A program made the position numbers and the translations under genes. The notes below the pieces were generated by a model. It was not told the origin of the DNA, ran no database searches, and worked only from the letters and a program-made list of their open reading frames with translations. A stretch of DNA of 64,000 nucleotides from NCBI GenBank assembly GCA_014384675.1, contig JACNFK010000024.1, positions 17,018 to 81,017 of the forward strand. Direction: 5' to 3'. Positions 28,963 to 38,924 of this stretch are shown piece by piece. Position 1 is the first letter of the stretch, and every line of letters begins with the position of its first letter. The stretch is from Candidatus Thiopontia autotrophica. Its GTDB lineage: Bacteria > Pseudomonadota > Gammaproteobacteria > GCF-002020875.

Positions 28963-30380
28963 TGCAGGCTATTCTCAAGTAGTCTTAGTGATGATGACCA
29001 ATCCTTTTTGGCCTGTTTTTCATCTTCAATTGTAGCTTCCTCTATTAAATCGTTCAGCTCTGCTGTTGTCTCGGCAACACGATTTTCACTGTTTAGTATA
29101 CGGCTATCCAGGGATGCCAATAGTGGTTTTTCATCCCTCAACAGTAGTGTTGGTTCAGAGAATGGGGCAAGCTGCTCAAGAAAATCAAGTGATGCAAGAA
29201 GTGGTGTTCCCATAAAGAAGCGGGCATCAGGGCGGTCCATCCAGAGTCGATCAGCATAGGCGTAGAGCTCGTAGGGCGTATCTCCAGTGCCGTCACTATT
29301 CTGATCAAATCCCTCATAGTCATCCCAGTGATTTCCTTCCCACACATTTTTGGTGGCACCGCCGTTTCCATCGACAGCCACCTGCGTGATGTTGTCCTTG
29401 AAGCTATTATTGCGCGCAACATTTCCCCACCACGGGGTATGGAAGAGCATACCGATGCCATTAAAGGCAATCAGGTTGTCCTCCATCAGGTTGATGGTAT
29501 CTGGTTGGTATGGGGATACATCACTATAGATGCCGGTGGCACAGTATAGAATCTTGTTGCCGGTGATTTTAACGTCACTGGTCTCCTTGAGCCCTATCCC
29601 CATCCCTGTTGTCCCCTGAGAGTGGGCTATATAGTTGTTTTTGATTACTGCACTATCACTGTACATCAGGAATATACCTACAGAGTTGTCTGTATACTCA
29701 TTCTCCTCAATCAGATTTCCCTGTGAGTACATAAAGTGGAGAGCATAGCGTCCACCGGATGATCTGTTGCGAGCAATGGTGTTGTCTTTCGAGTACCAGA
29801 CAACCATATCTCGAGAGTTGGTAATAATGTTATCGGTGACCTGGTTATCAAAGCTATACCAGAGTCGGACCGAGTCCCCCTGAAGACCAAGAGCCCGATC
29901 ACTTTTAGAGCTGATTTTGTTGCGACGAATAATGTTGTTCTTTGATTGGCTCAGGTCGATCCCGAACAGACACTCTTCTATGGAGTTGTCCTTCACTACA
30001 TTAAAGTCTCCCTTAACCTGAACCCCGGAATCTACATCATTATGAGAACCGCCAGAATTGATTAGGCGGAGATTCTGTAGAGTTGCTCCATCAGTATCCA
30101 GGTAAATTACACTTCCTTTTCCACCTGCATCAATGGTAACCCCATTCTTTCCATCAATGGTGATAGGGGTCTCAATGGTGACGGGACCAGCATATATTCC
30201 TGCTGGTGGTGTCAACAGACCACCCTTTGGGGTGGCATCTACAAGATCCTGAAAGGAGGGAAGATCTGTAGCCTTAGACTGAGGCATGATCACAGAAAGA
30301 GTTACAGTTAATGCTGTTAACAGTAACCAGCGTGTAGTGAGATGAGGTCGGTTCCAGCTCTCCACCATCACTTGTTTCAC
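28959..30380 (-). CDS. nosD: Periplasmic NosZ maturation protein NosD
   Basis: Beta-helix repeats; RYALHFMYS, GIFLMYS and GNHWDDY..D..GDTPY. Confidence 0.92.
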   Translation of the reverse strand: MKQVMVESWNRPHLTTRWLLLTALTVTLSVIMPQSKATDLPSFQDLVDATPKGGLLTPPAGIYAGPVTIETPITIDGKNGVTIDAGGKGSVIYLDTDGATLQNLRLINSGGSHNDVDSGVQVKGDFNVVKDNSIEECLFGIDLSQSKNNIIRRNKISSKSDRALGLQGDSVRLWYSFDNQVTDNIITNSRDMVVWYSKDNTIARNRSSGGRYALHFMYSQGNLIEENEYTDNSVGIFLMYSDSAVIKNNYIAHSQGTTGMGIGLKETSDVKITGNKILYCATGIYSDVSPYQPDTINLMEDNLIAFNGIGMLFHTPWWGNVARNNSFKDNITQVAVDGNGGATKNVWEGNHWDDYEGFDQNSDGTGDTPYELYAYADRLWMDRPDARFFMGTPLLASLDFLEQLAPFSEPTLLLRDEKPLLASLDSRILNSENRVAETTAELNDLIEEATIEDEKQAKKDWSSSLRLLENSLQ

Positions 30381-30410
30381 GTTTACGGACTTCGACTAAA
30401 TCGATCGGTT

Positions 30411-31622
30411 TTAATTGTGCGATGATTTCAGGCGAATCAGTGCAACTGCAGCCAGAACTACAGAGTTGAGCATGATTAGTCCAAAACCATAATTTGGGTA
30501 TGAGTAGGTGGCAAACTGGGCAACCTTGCCAACCCCAAATACGGTTGGCATAAATGGTTTTACAGTAAATGCACCCATCTCACTCAGATTGTGACCAAAC
30601 CACCAGAGCCATCCGGCGTAATCCATAATAAAGAATATTGGCAGTGCCATGGGAACAAGAATCAGTATCCAGGTAAAGATTTTCTCCATCTTCCAGAGGC
30701 CAATTATAATCAGTGCCATGGCAGCCAGCAGTCCGCCAAAGACAATATTGGTAATGGTCATAATTAGCTCGGTACGCTCAATATCAGTCATTCCTACCTT
30801 GTCTGCCATAATCCCGCAACGAGACATAAATTCACTCTGTTGCTGTTCGGTAGTCATGGATGAGTCACTCTGAATCATCTTGTACATTTCATGGAAGGTG
30901 GACATGACGGCAGGGGTCGCACCAGCGTTGACCAGGAGATCATTCAGATCTTCAAAAGGACGCTCCTGAGTTGCATATAGGTCAACATAGGTCATCTTTT
31001 CTGCATAACTGTCACAATCCACCCCAATGGTTGGGAAGTAGCGTGCCAGGGCCTCTTCATAACTCGCCTCGATAGCCTGGGTTCCGCTCCAGCTCTCTAT
31101 CTCTTCAGGATTTAGTTGCATGGTGCTCATCAAGTCGTCACGATAGGGAGAAGACTGCATATTCAATCCACCTTCGGTGTAAAGGGTGGTGTATGCCCAG
31201 CCAGCTATTACAATGGAACCAGCCCCCATCAGCATGATACGTTGTCGATTATTGGGTATGGCAAAGGCGATAATCATCAGCCCAAGCAAAACAAATACAA
31301 ATGGAGATACCGCACGCTCTACCGGGGCACCGGCAGCAATTGGATACATTCCCACATAGTGGTTGATGGCGTCCATCTCATGTTTGCAGTTGAGAGCCTC
31401 CTCCTCAAATTTCTCTTCGGTCTCGACTTTCTCGCAACCATTAAAGACACCATTGACGTGGAAGTGGATGCGAATCCCCTGAGGGAATGCAGCTTCTGGA
31501 TACTGCGGCGCCTTTAGTGATACCCACCAAACCGGGCTATAGAAGATGGAGATCAGCAGACCGATGGCAACCATGGAGAGGGTGCCGATAATAAAGTGCT
31601 GTTTTGTGCTGGTAGTGCTCAT
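30411..31622 (-). CDS. nosB: NosB-like membrane protein with a large insertion
   Basis: APQYPEAAFPQG, HEMDAINHYVGM, FGHNL and VAQFAT.SYP; lies just upstream of nosD. Confidence 0.78.
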   Translation of the reverse strand: MSTTSTKQHFIIGTLSMVAIGLLISIFYSPVWWVSLKAPQYPEAAFPQGIRIHFHVNGVFNGCEKVETEEKFEEEALNCKHEMDAINHYVGMYPIAAGAPVERAVSPFVFVLLGLMIIAFAIPNNRQRIMLMGAGSIVIAGWAYTTLYTEGGLNMQSSPYRDDLMSTMQLNPEEIESWSGTQAIEASYEEALARYFPTIGVDCDSYAEKMTYVDLYATQERPFEDLNDLLVNAGATPAVMSTFHEMYKMIQSDSSMTTEQQQSEFMSRCGIMADKVGMTDIERTELIMTITNIVFGGLLAAMALIIIGLWKMEKIFTWILILVPMALPIFFIMDYAGWLWWFGHNLSEMGAFTVKPFMPTVFGVGKVAQFATYSYPNYGFGLIMLNSVVLAAVALIRLKSSHN

Positions 31623-31712
31623 GTTGTAAAAACCCTTATATCTTTTGTTGTCTGGTTTTATTGCCCTGTCTTGTTCTATACGTCGTTACTCACTCCTCCA
31701 TGAGAAAATCTG

Positions 31713-31742
31713 GATTCACCCTCCTGTAGGGGAGGGTGAATC
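31713..31742. terminator. Strong hairpin downstream of the c4 gene
   Basis: GATTCACCCTCC-tgtagg-GGAGGGTGAATC. Confidence 0.55.
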
Positions 31743-31747
31743 AAACA

Positions 31748-32476
31748 TTAGTCGTAGTCGGGGTTGATCCAGCCAACAGCCCCCAGATCCTCTGCAGGTA
31801 CAGGGATACGGGATGTATAGTCTATAACCGCCTTCATATCTGCATCACTGAATTCGGCAATCTGCTTGACCATGTCAGGGTTGGCATTACGGCGCTTGCC
31901 ATCACGAATCCACTCGAACTGACGCAACATATAGGCATAGTGCTGCCCATGGATCTTGGGATAGAACTTCTCCTGGTTGCCCTCACCATTGTCACCATGA
32001 CACTGTGTGCAGTTTTTCTTGTAGAGCTCTTCGCCTCGGGCAAGATCTGTTCCGTCACCCTTGCCATTGTCCGGGTTCATTGGCAGTTTGGCGATGTAGT
32101 CGGTTACATCTGCAATTGCCTGCTCGTCACCAATCGACTCAGGAAGGGCAAAAGGGTACATTGTTGGGTTATCACGATTCAGGGCACGAATATCTGCCAA
32201 CTGTTTGATCAGTACATTTTTGTGCTGTCCTGCCAGTTGGGGGAATGTTCCGTTCTGCATCCCCCACCCCTCCAGAAGGTGACATGCAGAGCAGACCTCG
32301 TATACCTCGATTCCATTCTCACGGTCAGGAGTAAGTGTCATTGCAACACTCTGCTCACCTTCACCGGTATTCCAGTCCTTTACATCGGTAACCTGTCCAC
32401 CGGCTGATACCGAGGCGTTAACTCCTATTCCAATAAATGCGACCCCAGCCACAATTGCCGTAATTTTCTTCATCAA
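31748..32476 (-). CDS. Diheme cytochrome c4 (nos-associated)
   Basis: CSACH and CTQCH; paralogous to 12482-13168. Confidence 0.88.
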   Translation of the reverse strand: MMKKITAIVAGVAFIGIGVNASVSAGGQVTDVKDWNTGEGEQSVAMTLTPDRENGIEVYEVCSACHLLEGWGMQNGTFPQLAGQHKNVLIKQLADIRALNRDNPTMYPFALPESIGDEQAIADVTDYIAKLPMNPDNGKGDGTDLARGEELYKKNCTQCHGDNGEGNQEKFYPKIHGQHYAYMLRQFEWIRDGKRRNANPDMVKQIAEFSDADMKAVIDYTSRIPVPAEDLGAVGWINPDYD

Positions 32477-32542
32477 TATCTCTCCACTATGTTCTGTTTA
32501 TTCAGGCGTTCTATAGATTATGTGATAGAGCCATTTTTTGCT

Positions 32543-32556
32543 TTGATCTGTGTCAA
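32543..32556. promoter_or_regulatory. FNR/DNR-like box upstream of the nos c4 gene
   Basis: TTGATCTGTGTCAA, one mismatch to consensus. Confidence 0.65.
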
Positions 32557-32566
32557 TGCTCTCTTT

Positions 32567-32887
32567 TTACTTCAGGGTTGATAGCCACTCGGCAATCTCT
32601 GCCATCTCTGTCTCATTAACCAGCCCCATTACACCTTGCATGGCGGCAGCACCGCCGTTATTACGAACTCCGGACTTGATATCCTTCATCTGATTAAGAG
32701 CATACTCTTTGCTCTGGCCAGCCAGTTTTGGGTATGTAGGAAGTACAGGGGTCTGTGCATCCTTTCCATGACATGCCCAGCATGTCTTGCTCTCATAGAG
32801 TGCTGCACCATCTGCCGATGCTGTTGTAGCCATTGTAGATAACATGGCTATTGATGTTGCTACCAGGAGAGTTTTACTAATATTCAT
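32567..32887 (-). CDS. Monoheme cytochrome c553 (nos-associated)
   Basis: Signal peptide, CWACH, YPKLAGQ and a distal Met. Confidence 0.88.
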   Translation of the reverse strand: MNISKTLLVATSIAMLSTMATTASADGAALYESKTCWACHGKDAQTPVLPTYPKLAGQSKEYALNQMKDIKSGVRNNGGAAAMQGVMGLVNETEMAEIAEWLSTLK

Positions 32888-32985
32888 TATCTATTCCTCT
32901 GTTCAATTATTGTCAAACTGCATTAGATCCTATTCAAACTTTATTTCCAAACTATTTCAGAACAGTTTTTCAAGGAATTTTTATT

Positions 32986-33018
32986 AAAAAAGGGGAGAGC
33001 AATAAATGCTCTCCCCTT
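32986..33018 (-). terminator. Intrinsic terminator after nosZ
   Basis: AAGGGGAGAGCA...TGCTCTCCCCTT hairpin with a T-tract on the minus strand. Confidence 0.8.
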
Positions 33019-33045
33019 AAGGACTAACAGTGTGTTAGTTGCGCA

Positions 33046-35343
33046 TTATTTAGCTTGCACAACCGCACCGTGTTGTTCCAGGTAGGTTTTGGCGCGCAGA
33101 CCAATGTCCGCAGCCTTCACCTGGTACTGCCACCACTGACCAGCCTGCAGAGTTGCATTCTGGAAGTCGTTGGCAGCTGCAGATTCCTCTGCCTTTTTCT
33201 GCCATGCTGCAGCAAAGCCCAACTGATCAACGGCATCCTCAACCAGTGCAGTTACTGGTGCGAAGTCCTTGAAGTTGGTGCTGGTGATATAACCTACAAC
33301 ACTGTCGATAATGGCTTGCGTATCCAGATTGGTCTGGTACTGCTTGTCATAGTCTGCCTTGTTATAGGTTGTACCATCAACAATCTCACCCTCTACAGCC
33401 TTGTAGCCTTTGGGTTTGACCAGCAGATAGCCTTCCATCTCAAGGTGGAGTGCTGAACAGAACTCAGTACAGTAGTAGGGGAATACGCCCTCTGTGTCTG
33501 CCATGAATGTTGCAGATACAGTCTTTCCTGGTTCCAGTGAGAGGTTTACATTGGTGCCGTTGATTGCGAAACCGTGGGTCTCATCCTCAGCACGCTCCAG
33601 GTTGGTAAGGTGAATAATTACCTTGTCACCAACCTCGGCCTCAATGGTCTCTGGAGTGATATGTGAACGGATCACAGTACCAAATACCTCAACAGTACAG
33701 TTGTCACCATCACAGGTGCGAGATGTCTTCTCACGACCAGCACGGGTCTTGTAAGGAGAGCGCTTGTCGGAGCGGCTATCCCAACCAGACTTGTAGCGGA
33801 TAGCTGGCTTAAGCTTGTCTGCCTTAATCGCAACCGCGTAGTGCGGTTCGCCCAGTGGTATAGGCATATCATAGAGCAGCTCCATCTTGTCGCCACTGAT
33901 ATCGATCAGCTGGTGGTTCTGTGGATGGAGTGGGCCGACAGGATTGAATCGGTCAATCGCCAGCTTGTCCAGTGCTACCAGATACTTGCCGTCTGGAGAT
34001 GCAGAGTCACCCTCCATAGTCATCAGATGGCCAATATTGTAGTGAATGGAGAGCTTGTCCAGAATCTCACCAGTACAGTAGTTCCACTTGGTGACCTGAG
34101 AGTCTACGTAGATAGAGGTGTAGACAGTACAGTCTTTGGAGTCATACTGCGTATGCAGTGGCCCAAGACCAACCTGTACCTGTCTTTCCAAAGCATCTTC
34201 CAGAGAGACAATGGGGATACCATAGTCATCACGAGCCTCATATTTACCGGCACTGTGTGCAGCCATCATCTTCGCGAAGCTGTATACATATGCGTGGCTA
34301 TCCAGCTTGCCGGATACGATCATGAACTTGCCGTCAGGAGAGACGTCAACACCATGAGGACTCTTTGGTTCAGGAACCAGGAATAGAGCATTGTTCTCAA
34401 CCATGGTCTCCATGGAGAGCACATCCATGCCATTCACTGATTTACCCTTGCCGGCCTTGTAGAGCTCTACTGCCTTCTTCCAGTTAACTGCATGGAGGAA
34501 GTCAGTATCCTTCTGCGAACAGCCTGCCTCATAAGGAGGACGCCCCTTCTCGATACCGCCTACGTAGCGCTCGGAACAGAATGAGTTGGTGAAGGACCAG
34601 CCATCACTACCAAACTTGCCGAAGTCGGAGAGGTCCTGACTGTATGGAGGCATCTCAACTGTAAATGATTGAGATGGATCAAGGCGACCTATCTCACGGT
34701 TGAATTTCCAGTAGGTAACACCGCCACGATAGCGGTCATTGAACTGCTCCAGAGGTACATACTCATCCTCAAATGGTGCAGGGTACTGGGCTGCCTCAAT
34801 TACATAGTCAGTATTTGGAGTTACAAATGCACCACCATGCTCATTATTAAAGTGTGGGTTGACTACAATCTGTTTGGTTTCGAAATCATGTAGATCAACT
34901 ACCGCCAGACGAGGGTTGTTCTTGTCATTAATGAATAGATACTGTCCATCATACTCAGCGTTGGTTTCGGAGATCGCTGGATGGTGGGTATCACCAAAGT
35001 TGATATCCTTACCGTTGATTCTTCCTTGAGCCAGGACTGCCTTGGACTCATCATCAAAGCCGTAACCCTGCCACGGCTCTGGGGTGAATACCGCAACGTA
35101 TTTGAGAATACGCATTGAGGGAATTCCGTAGACAATTAACTGACCACTTTGACCACCAGAACTGAAGGCGAGATACTCATCACGACCTCCAGAAGGGGTG
35201 TAGGTTTTTGCTGCCGCCAATAGATCCTTTTGTGTAAGGCCACGGGCCTCCATCACATCGTCCAGCGCGGATGACCACGCTGCACTTCCGGTTCCGAGCG
35301 ACATTCCGATGGCCATTGCCATTGTGAGTGTCTTTTTAAACAT
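33046..35343 (-). CDS. nosZ: Clade II (Sec-dependent) nitrous oxide reductase
   Basis: Sec-type leader without RR; FSSGGQSG, DTHHP, EHGG, SPHG, GPLHT and EPHY (CuZ); ETHGF and CTEFCSALHLEM (CuA); heme-less C-terminal extension. Confidence 0.96.
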   Translation of the reverse strand: MFKKTLTMAMAIGMSLGTGSAAWSSALDDVMEARGLTQKDLLAAAKTYTPSGGRDEYLAFSSGGQSGQLIVYGIPSMRILKYVAVFTPEPWQGYGFDDESKAVLAQGRINGKDINFGDTHHPAISETNAEYDGQYLFINDKNNPRLAVVDLHDFETKQIVVNPHFNNEHGGAFVTPNTDYVIEAAQYPAPFEDEYVPLEQFNDRYRGGVTYWKFNREIGRLDPSQSFTVEMPPYSQDLSDFGKFGSDGWSFTNSFCSERYVGGIEKGRPPYEAGCSQKDTDFLHAVNWKKAVELYKAGKGKSVNGMDVLSMETMVENNALFLVPEPKSPHGVDVSPDGKFMIVSGKLDSHAYVYSFAKMMAAHSAGKYEARDDYGIPIVSLEDALERQVQVGLGPLHTQYDSKDCTVYTSIYVDSQVTKWNYCTGEILDKLSIHYNIGHLMTMEGDSASPDGKYLVALDKLAIDRFNPVGPLHPQNHQLIDISGDKMELLYDMPIPLGEPHYAVAIKADKLKPAIRYKSGWDSRSDKRSPYKTRAGREKTSRTCDGDNCTVEVFGTVIRSHITPETIEAEVGDKVIIHLTNLERAEDETHGFAINGTNVNLSLEPGKTVSATFMADTEGVFPYYCTEFCSALHLEMEGYLLVKPKGYKAVEGEIVDGTTYNKADYDKQYQTNLDTQAIIDSVVGYITSTNFKDFAPVTALVEDAVDQLGFAAAWQKKAEESAAANDFQNATLQAGQWWQYQVKAADIGLRAKTYLEQHGAVVQAK

Positions 35344-35469
35344 AAGTTGTTGACTCCTGATTGTTTTTTTATCGCCTCGATCTCCTGGGAGAGAAATCTG
35401 GGCGCATGATTTCAAAACTAAGTTGAACTTAGTACCCGTGAGAGTAATACATTAGAGCACCAACTCACT

Positions 35470-35483
35470 TTGACCTAGATCAA
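35470..35483. promoter_or_regulatory. FNR/DNR-like box upstream of nosZ
   Basis: TTGACCTAGATCAA, one mismatch to consensus. Confidence 0.72.
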
Positions 35484-35613
35484 TTTGGTTGTTTAATATA
35501 GCCTGAACACAGCATTACACCATTCTGTTACGGAGTGTTTATGTTGCAGGATTCAACCGTTCAGTTATAGTTGGTCGCTACAGCTTTAAAAACCACCGAC
35601 GGAGAGAACAATA

Positions 35614-36006
35614 ATGAAAAAAGTGATTGGAGCAATTTTGTTGGCAGGCAGCTTTGGTGCCTATGCTGATACCCAGTTGAGTTGTGATCTGGACGAGATT
35701 GATAGCTATTCAGGCGAGGTGACTCATAATGCTGATGTCAAGGTCTCGGTACCTGACAACCATTTCCGTGACAAGCGTGTCAGTGAACATGATGAGGATT
35801 ATGTCATTTATGAGGAGTGGGTAATCAACCCGCAGGCCTCGATCTACCGTCTCAGAGGCAAACTGGATGGTGAATTGGTCACTCTGGAGAAAAGCATGAT
35901 TGAGGCAGGTACAGGGATTGTGCGCGGAGAGATTCGCCACAAGGAGCTGGGTAGTCGTCCAAGAAAGAACACTACCTATGAGGGACGTTGTTATCTGGAT
36001 GAGTAG
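35614..36006 (+). CDS. Secreted hypothetical protein
   Basis: GGAG RBS, signal peptide (GAYA), terminal Cys pair. Confidence 0.7.
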   Translation: MKKVIGAILLAGSFGAYADTQLSCDLDEIDSYSGEVTHNADVKVSVPDNHFRDKRVSEHDEDYVIYEEWVINPQASIYRLRGKLDGELVTLEKSMIEAGTGIVRGEIRHKELGSRPRKNTTYEGRCYLDE

Positions 36007-36028
36007 TGTTTAGGAAATATATTGACCC

Positions 36029-36059
36029 AAAAAAGCCGTTACGTGTAACGGCTTTTTTT
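36029..36059. terminator. Bidirectional intrinsic terminator
   Basis: AAAAAGCCGTTAC-gt-GTAACGGCTTTTTT between convergent genes. Confidence 0.85.
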
Positions 36060-36075
36060 ATGTGTCTGGTTGTTA

Positions 36076-37260
36076 TTACTGGGTTTTTATAACAATGGAA
36101 GAGGCTGCACGGTTGGCCTTTTCCCGTGCCTGGTCTGTGGATTTGTCACGTGATAGCACAACCCCCATTCTGCGTCGCCCACTTACCTCAGGCTTGCCAA
36201 ACAGTCTGAGTTGAGTGTCAGATTCAGCCATGGAAGATTCAATGCACTGGTAGCAGATCTCGTCTGATTCACCCTCTACAAGCAGGACGCTTGATGCAGA
36301 TGGTCCATGTTGATGAATGTTCGGTATGGGAAGCCCAAGGATCGCACGGGCATGGAGAGCAAACTCGGAGAGGTCTTGTGAGATAAGGGTAACCAGACCG
36401 GTATCGTGGGGGCGGGGAGAGACCTCACTGAATATTACCTGGCCCCCCTTTATGAATAGCTCAACCCCAAACAGGCCACGTCCACCCAGTGCATCAGTAA
36501 CCTTTTTTGCCATCTCTTCGGCAGCTGCCAGGGCATCAGGGGTCATTTGTTGTGGCTGCCATGACTCTCTATAATCTCCATCTTCCTGGCGGTGACCTAT
36601 TGGTTGGCAATATGAGGTGCCATCATTGTGACGAATAGTCAGCATGGTTATCTCGTAATCAAAATCGACAAATCCCTCAATTATGATTCGCCCAGCACCA
36701 GTACGACCTCCCTCTTGAGAGTAGTTCCAGGATGACTCTATATCATCCTCACACCTAACTGTGCTCTGCCCCTTGCCGGATGATGACATGATTGGTTTGA
36801 CAACGCAGGGTATTCCGATATCTCTGATTGCCTCCAGATACTCCTCTCTGCTCTCTGCAAAACGGTATGGGGATGTCTCTATTCCTAGCTCTTCGGCGGC
36901 TAGACGACGAATTCCCTCCCGGTTCATGGTCAGTTGTGCGGCCCGGGCAGTTGGTATTACGGTAAAGCCCTCATGTTCAAGCTCAACCAGGGTATCAGTT
37001 GCTATTGCCTCGATCTCGGGGACAATAAGATCTGGTTTCTCCTGCTCAACAACCTCTCGTAGAGCTGAGCCATCTAGCATGGAGATAACATGGGAGCGGT
37101 GGGCGACCTGCATTGCCGGTGCGTTTGGATAGCGGTCAACAGCGATAACCTCAACCCCAAGGCGTTGCAGCTCTATGGCTACCTCCTTGCCAAGTTCGCC
37201 ACTTCCACAAAGCAGGACACGGGTTGATGTAGATGAGAGCGGGGTTCCAATAGTAGTCAT
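36076..37260 (-). CDS. purT: Formate-dependent phosphoribosylglycinamide formyltransferase
   Basis: [20 protein letters not shown] and SPRPHDTG. Confidence 0.97.
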   Translation of the reverse strand: MTTIGTPLSSTSTRVLLCGSGELGKEVAIELQRLGVEVIAVDRYPNAPAMQVAHRSHVISMLDGSALREVVEQEKPDLIVPEIEAIATDTLVELEHEGFTVIPTARAAQLTMNREGIRRLAAEELGIETSPYRFAESREEYLEAIRDIGIPCVVKPIMSSSGKGQSTVRCEDDIESSWNYSQEGGRTGAGRIIIEGFVDFDYEITMLTIRHNDGTSYCQPIGHRQEDGDYRESWQPQQMTPDALAAAEEMAKKVTDALGGRGLFGVELFIKGGQVIFSEVSPRPHDTGLVTLISQDLSEFALHARAILGLPIPNIHQHGPSASSVLLVEGESDEICYQCIESSMAESDTQLRLFGKPEVSGRRRMGVVLSRDKSTDQAREKANRAASSIVIKTQ

Positions 37261-37338
37261 GATTGCAATAATACCATCTACCCAAACCTCGGTTCAGAGG
37301 ATAGAATGCTCCGCATTCAATTTTTATGGAGAAGAGAT

Positions 37339-38094
37339 ATGTTTAGAACGGTAGCAGCATCAATTTTGGTTCTGGCAATGGCTGGGTGTTCCGACAGTGG
37401 TAATGCTGTAGAAGAGATTGCAGTCTCCCCAGGGTTTGAGATGACGACGCTAAAGGATGGTAGCGGAGCAGGCGCCAAGCCTGGTGATATTGTCTCTGTT
37501 CACTATACAGGAACCCTGACTGACGGCACCAAATTTGACTCCAGTCATGATCGTAACGAGCCTTTCAGCTTTACTCTGGGTGCTGGAAATGTGATCAAAG
37601 GGTGGGATCATGGTGTCAAGGGGATGAAGCGCGGAGAGCAGCGCAAGCTGGTGATTCCGCCAGAGATGGGGTATGGCAGCCGTTCAATGGGGCCAATTCC
37701 TGCGAGTTCTACCCTGCTGTTTGATGTGGAGCTGATAGATATCCTGAGCTATACAGATATCAACAATGAAGAGTTACAGACGTTGTTGAAAGAGGACGAT
37801 ATTGTGCTGGTAGATATCCGCCGACCAGAGGAGTGGAAAAAGACAGGTATTGTCGAGGAGTCAGAAATGATTACAGCCTTTACCAAACGCGGCAGTCTCC
37901 ATCCTGAGTTTAACGAGAAATTCCTGAAACGCTTCAAGGCAGATGATCGAGTCATCATTATCTGCCGTACCGGAAACAGGACAGCTCGTCTGGCTCAGGC
38001 TTTGGTAGGGGAGATGGGTTGGAAGAATGTATATAATGTAAAGAGAGGTATTACTGACTGGATCAAGAAGGGGTATCCAGTAGTAAAACCATAG
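37339..38094 (+). CDS. FKBP-type PPIase fused to a rhodanese domain, predicted lipoprotein
   Basis: MAGC lipobox; VHYTGTL.DG..FDSS, VIKGWD and IPPEMGYG; then VDIRRPEEW and ICRTGNRT. Confidence 0.88.
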   Translation: MFRTVAASILVLAMAGCSDSGNAVEEIAVSPGFEMTTLKDGSGAGAKPGDIVSVHYTGTLTDGTKFDSSHDRNEPFSFTLGAGNVIKGWDHGVKGMKRGEQRKLVIPPEMGYGSRSMGPIPASSTLLFDVELIDILSYTDINNEELQTLLKEDDIVLVDIRRPEEWKKTGIVEESEMITAFTKRGSLHPEFNEKFLKRFKADDRVIIICRTGNRTARLAQALVGEMGWKNVYNVKRGITDWIKKGYPVVKP

Positions 38095-38135
38095 AGTGTT
38101 ATAGCCTGTAGAAACAATAATTAAGGAGAGTAATT

Positions 38136-38705
38136 ATGAAGAGAACAATTTCAGCAACACTGGTTGCAGGCATGCTTACTATGCCGTTGGCCGCATCAGC
38201 AGACAGAACCGATCAGTATGTAAATGAGAGTCGTGCTGCCGTTAAGTCACTATTCAAGACTCTGAAGGGTAATCTTGTCGGAGCGATGAAAGCTGGTGGA
38301 CCAATCAAGGCTATTGAGGCCTGTAACCTCAGTGCCCAGCCATTGACTGTGGCGGAGGCAGGGCGCCTCGGTTACGATATTGGCAGAACCAGTCTGCGTC
38401 TGCGTAACCCTGTTAATGAGGCGGATGCGTGGGAGATCAAGGTGCTGCAGCAATTTGAGGCTCGCAAGTCTGCTGGTGAAGACCTCAAGAAGATGGATTA
38501 CTACGAGGTTGTTGATAGTGGTGGTGGCAAGACATTCCGTTACATGAAGGCTATTCCCGCGGGTAAGCCATGCATGGTATGTCATGGCGATATGGTTGCA
38601 CCGAAGGTTCTGGAGAAGATTCGTAGCCACTATCCACTTGATCAGGCAACCGGCTTTAAACCAGGAGACCTGAGAGGGGCGTTTACTATCTCAAGAAAGA
38701 TGTAA
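38136..38705 (+). CDS. DUF3365/Tll0287-like monoheme cytochrome c
   Basis: RTSLRLRNP.N, FRYMKAI, CMVCHG and YP.D.A.GFK.GDLRGAF. Confidence 0.85.
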   Translation: MKRTISATLVAGMLTMPLAASADRTDQYVNESRAAVKSLFKTLKGNLVGAMKAGGPIKAIEACNLSAQPLTVAEAGRLGYDIGRTSLRLRNPVNEADAWEIKVLQQFEARKSAGEDLKKMDYYEVVDSGGGKTFRYMKAIPAGKPCMVCHGDMVAPKVLEKIRSHYPLDQATGFKPGDLRGAFTISRKM

Positions 38706-38766
38706 TTCAGGAGAGAGAAAAACAGTGTATTTTTTGGTCTGAGCGTATAAAATGCGCCACACTTTT

Positions 38767-38851
<85 letters not shown>

Positions 38852-38856
38852 TATAT

Positions 38857-38891
38857 AAAAAAGGGGCAACCACTGTTGGTTGCCCCTTTTT
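38857..38891. terminator. Bidirectional intrinsic terminator
   Basis: AAAAAAGGGGCAACCA-ctgt-TGGTTGCCCCTTTTT. Confidence 0.85.
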
Positions 38892-38924
38892 ATTTCTACC
38901 GGCTGTGAGCCTGTCAGGTTGTAG

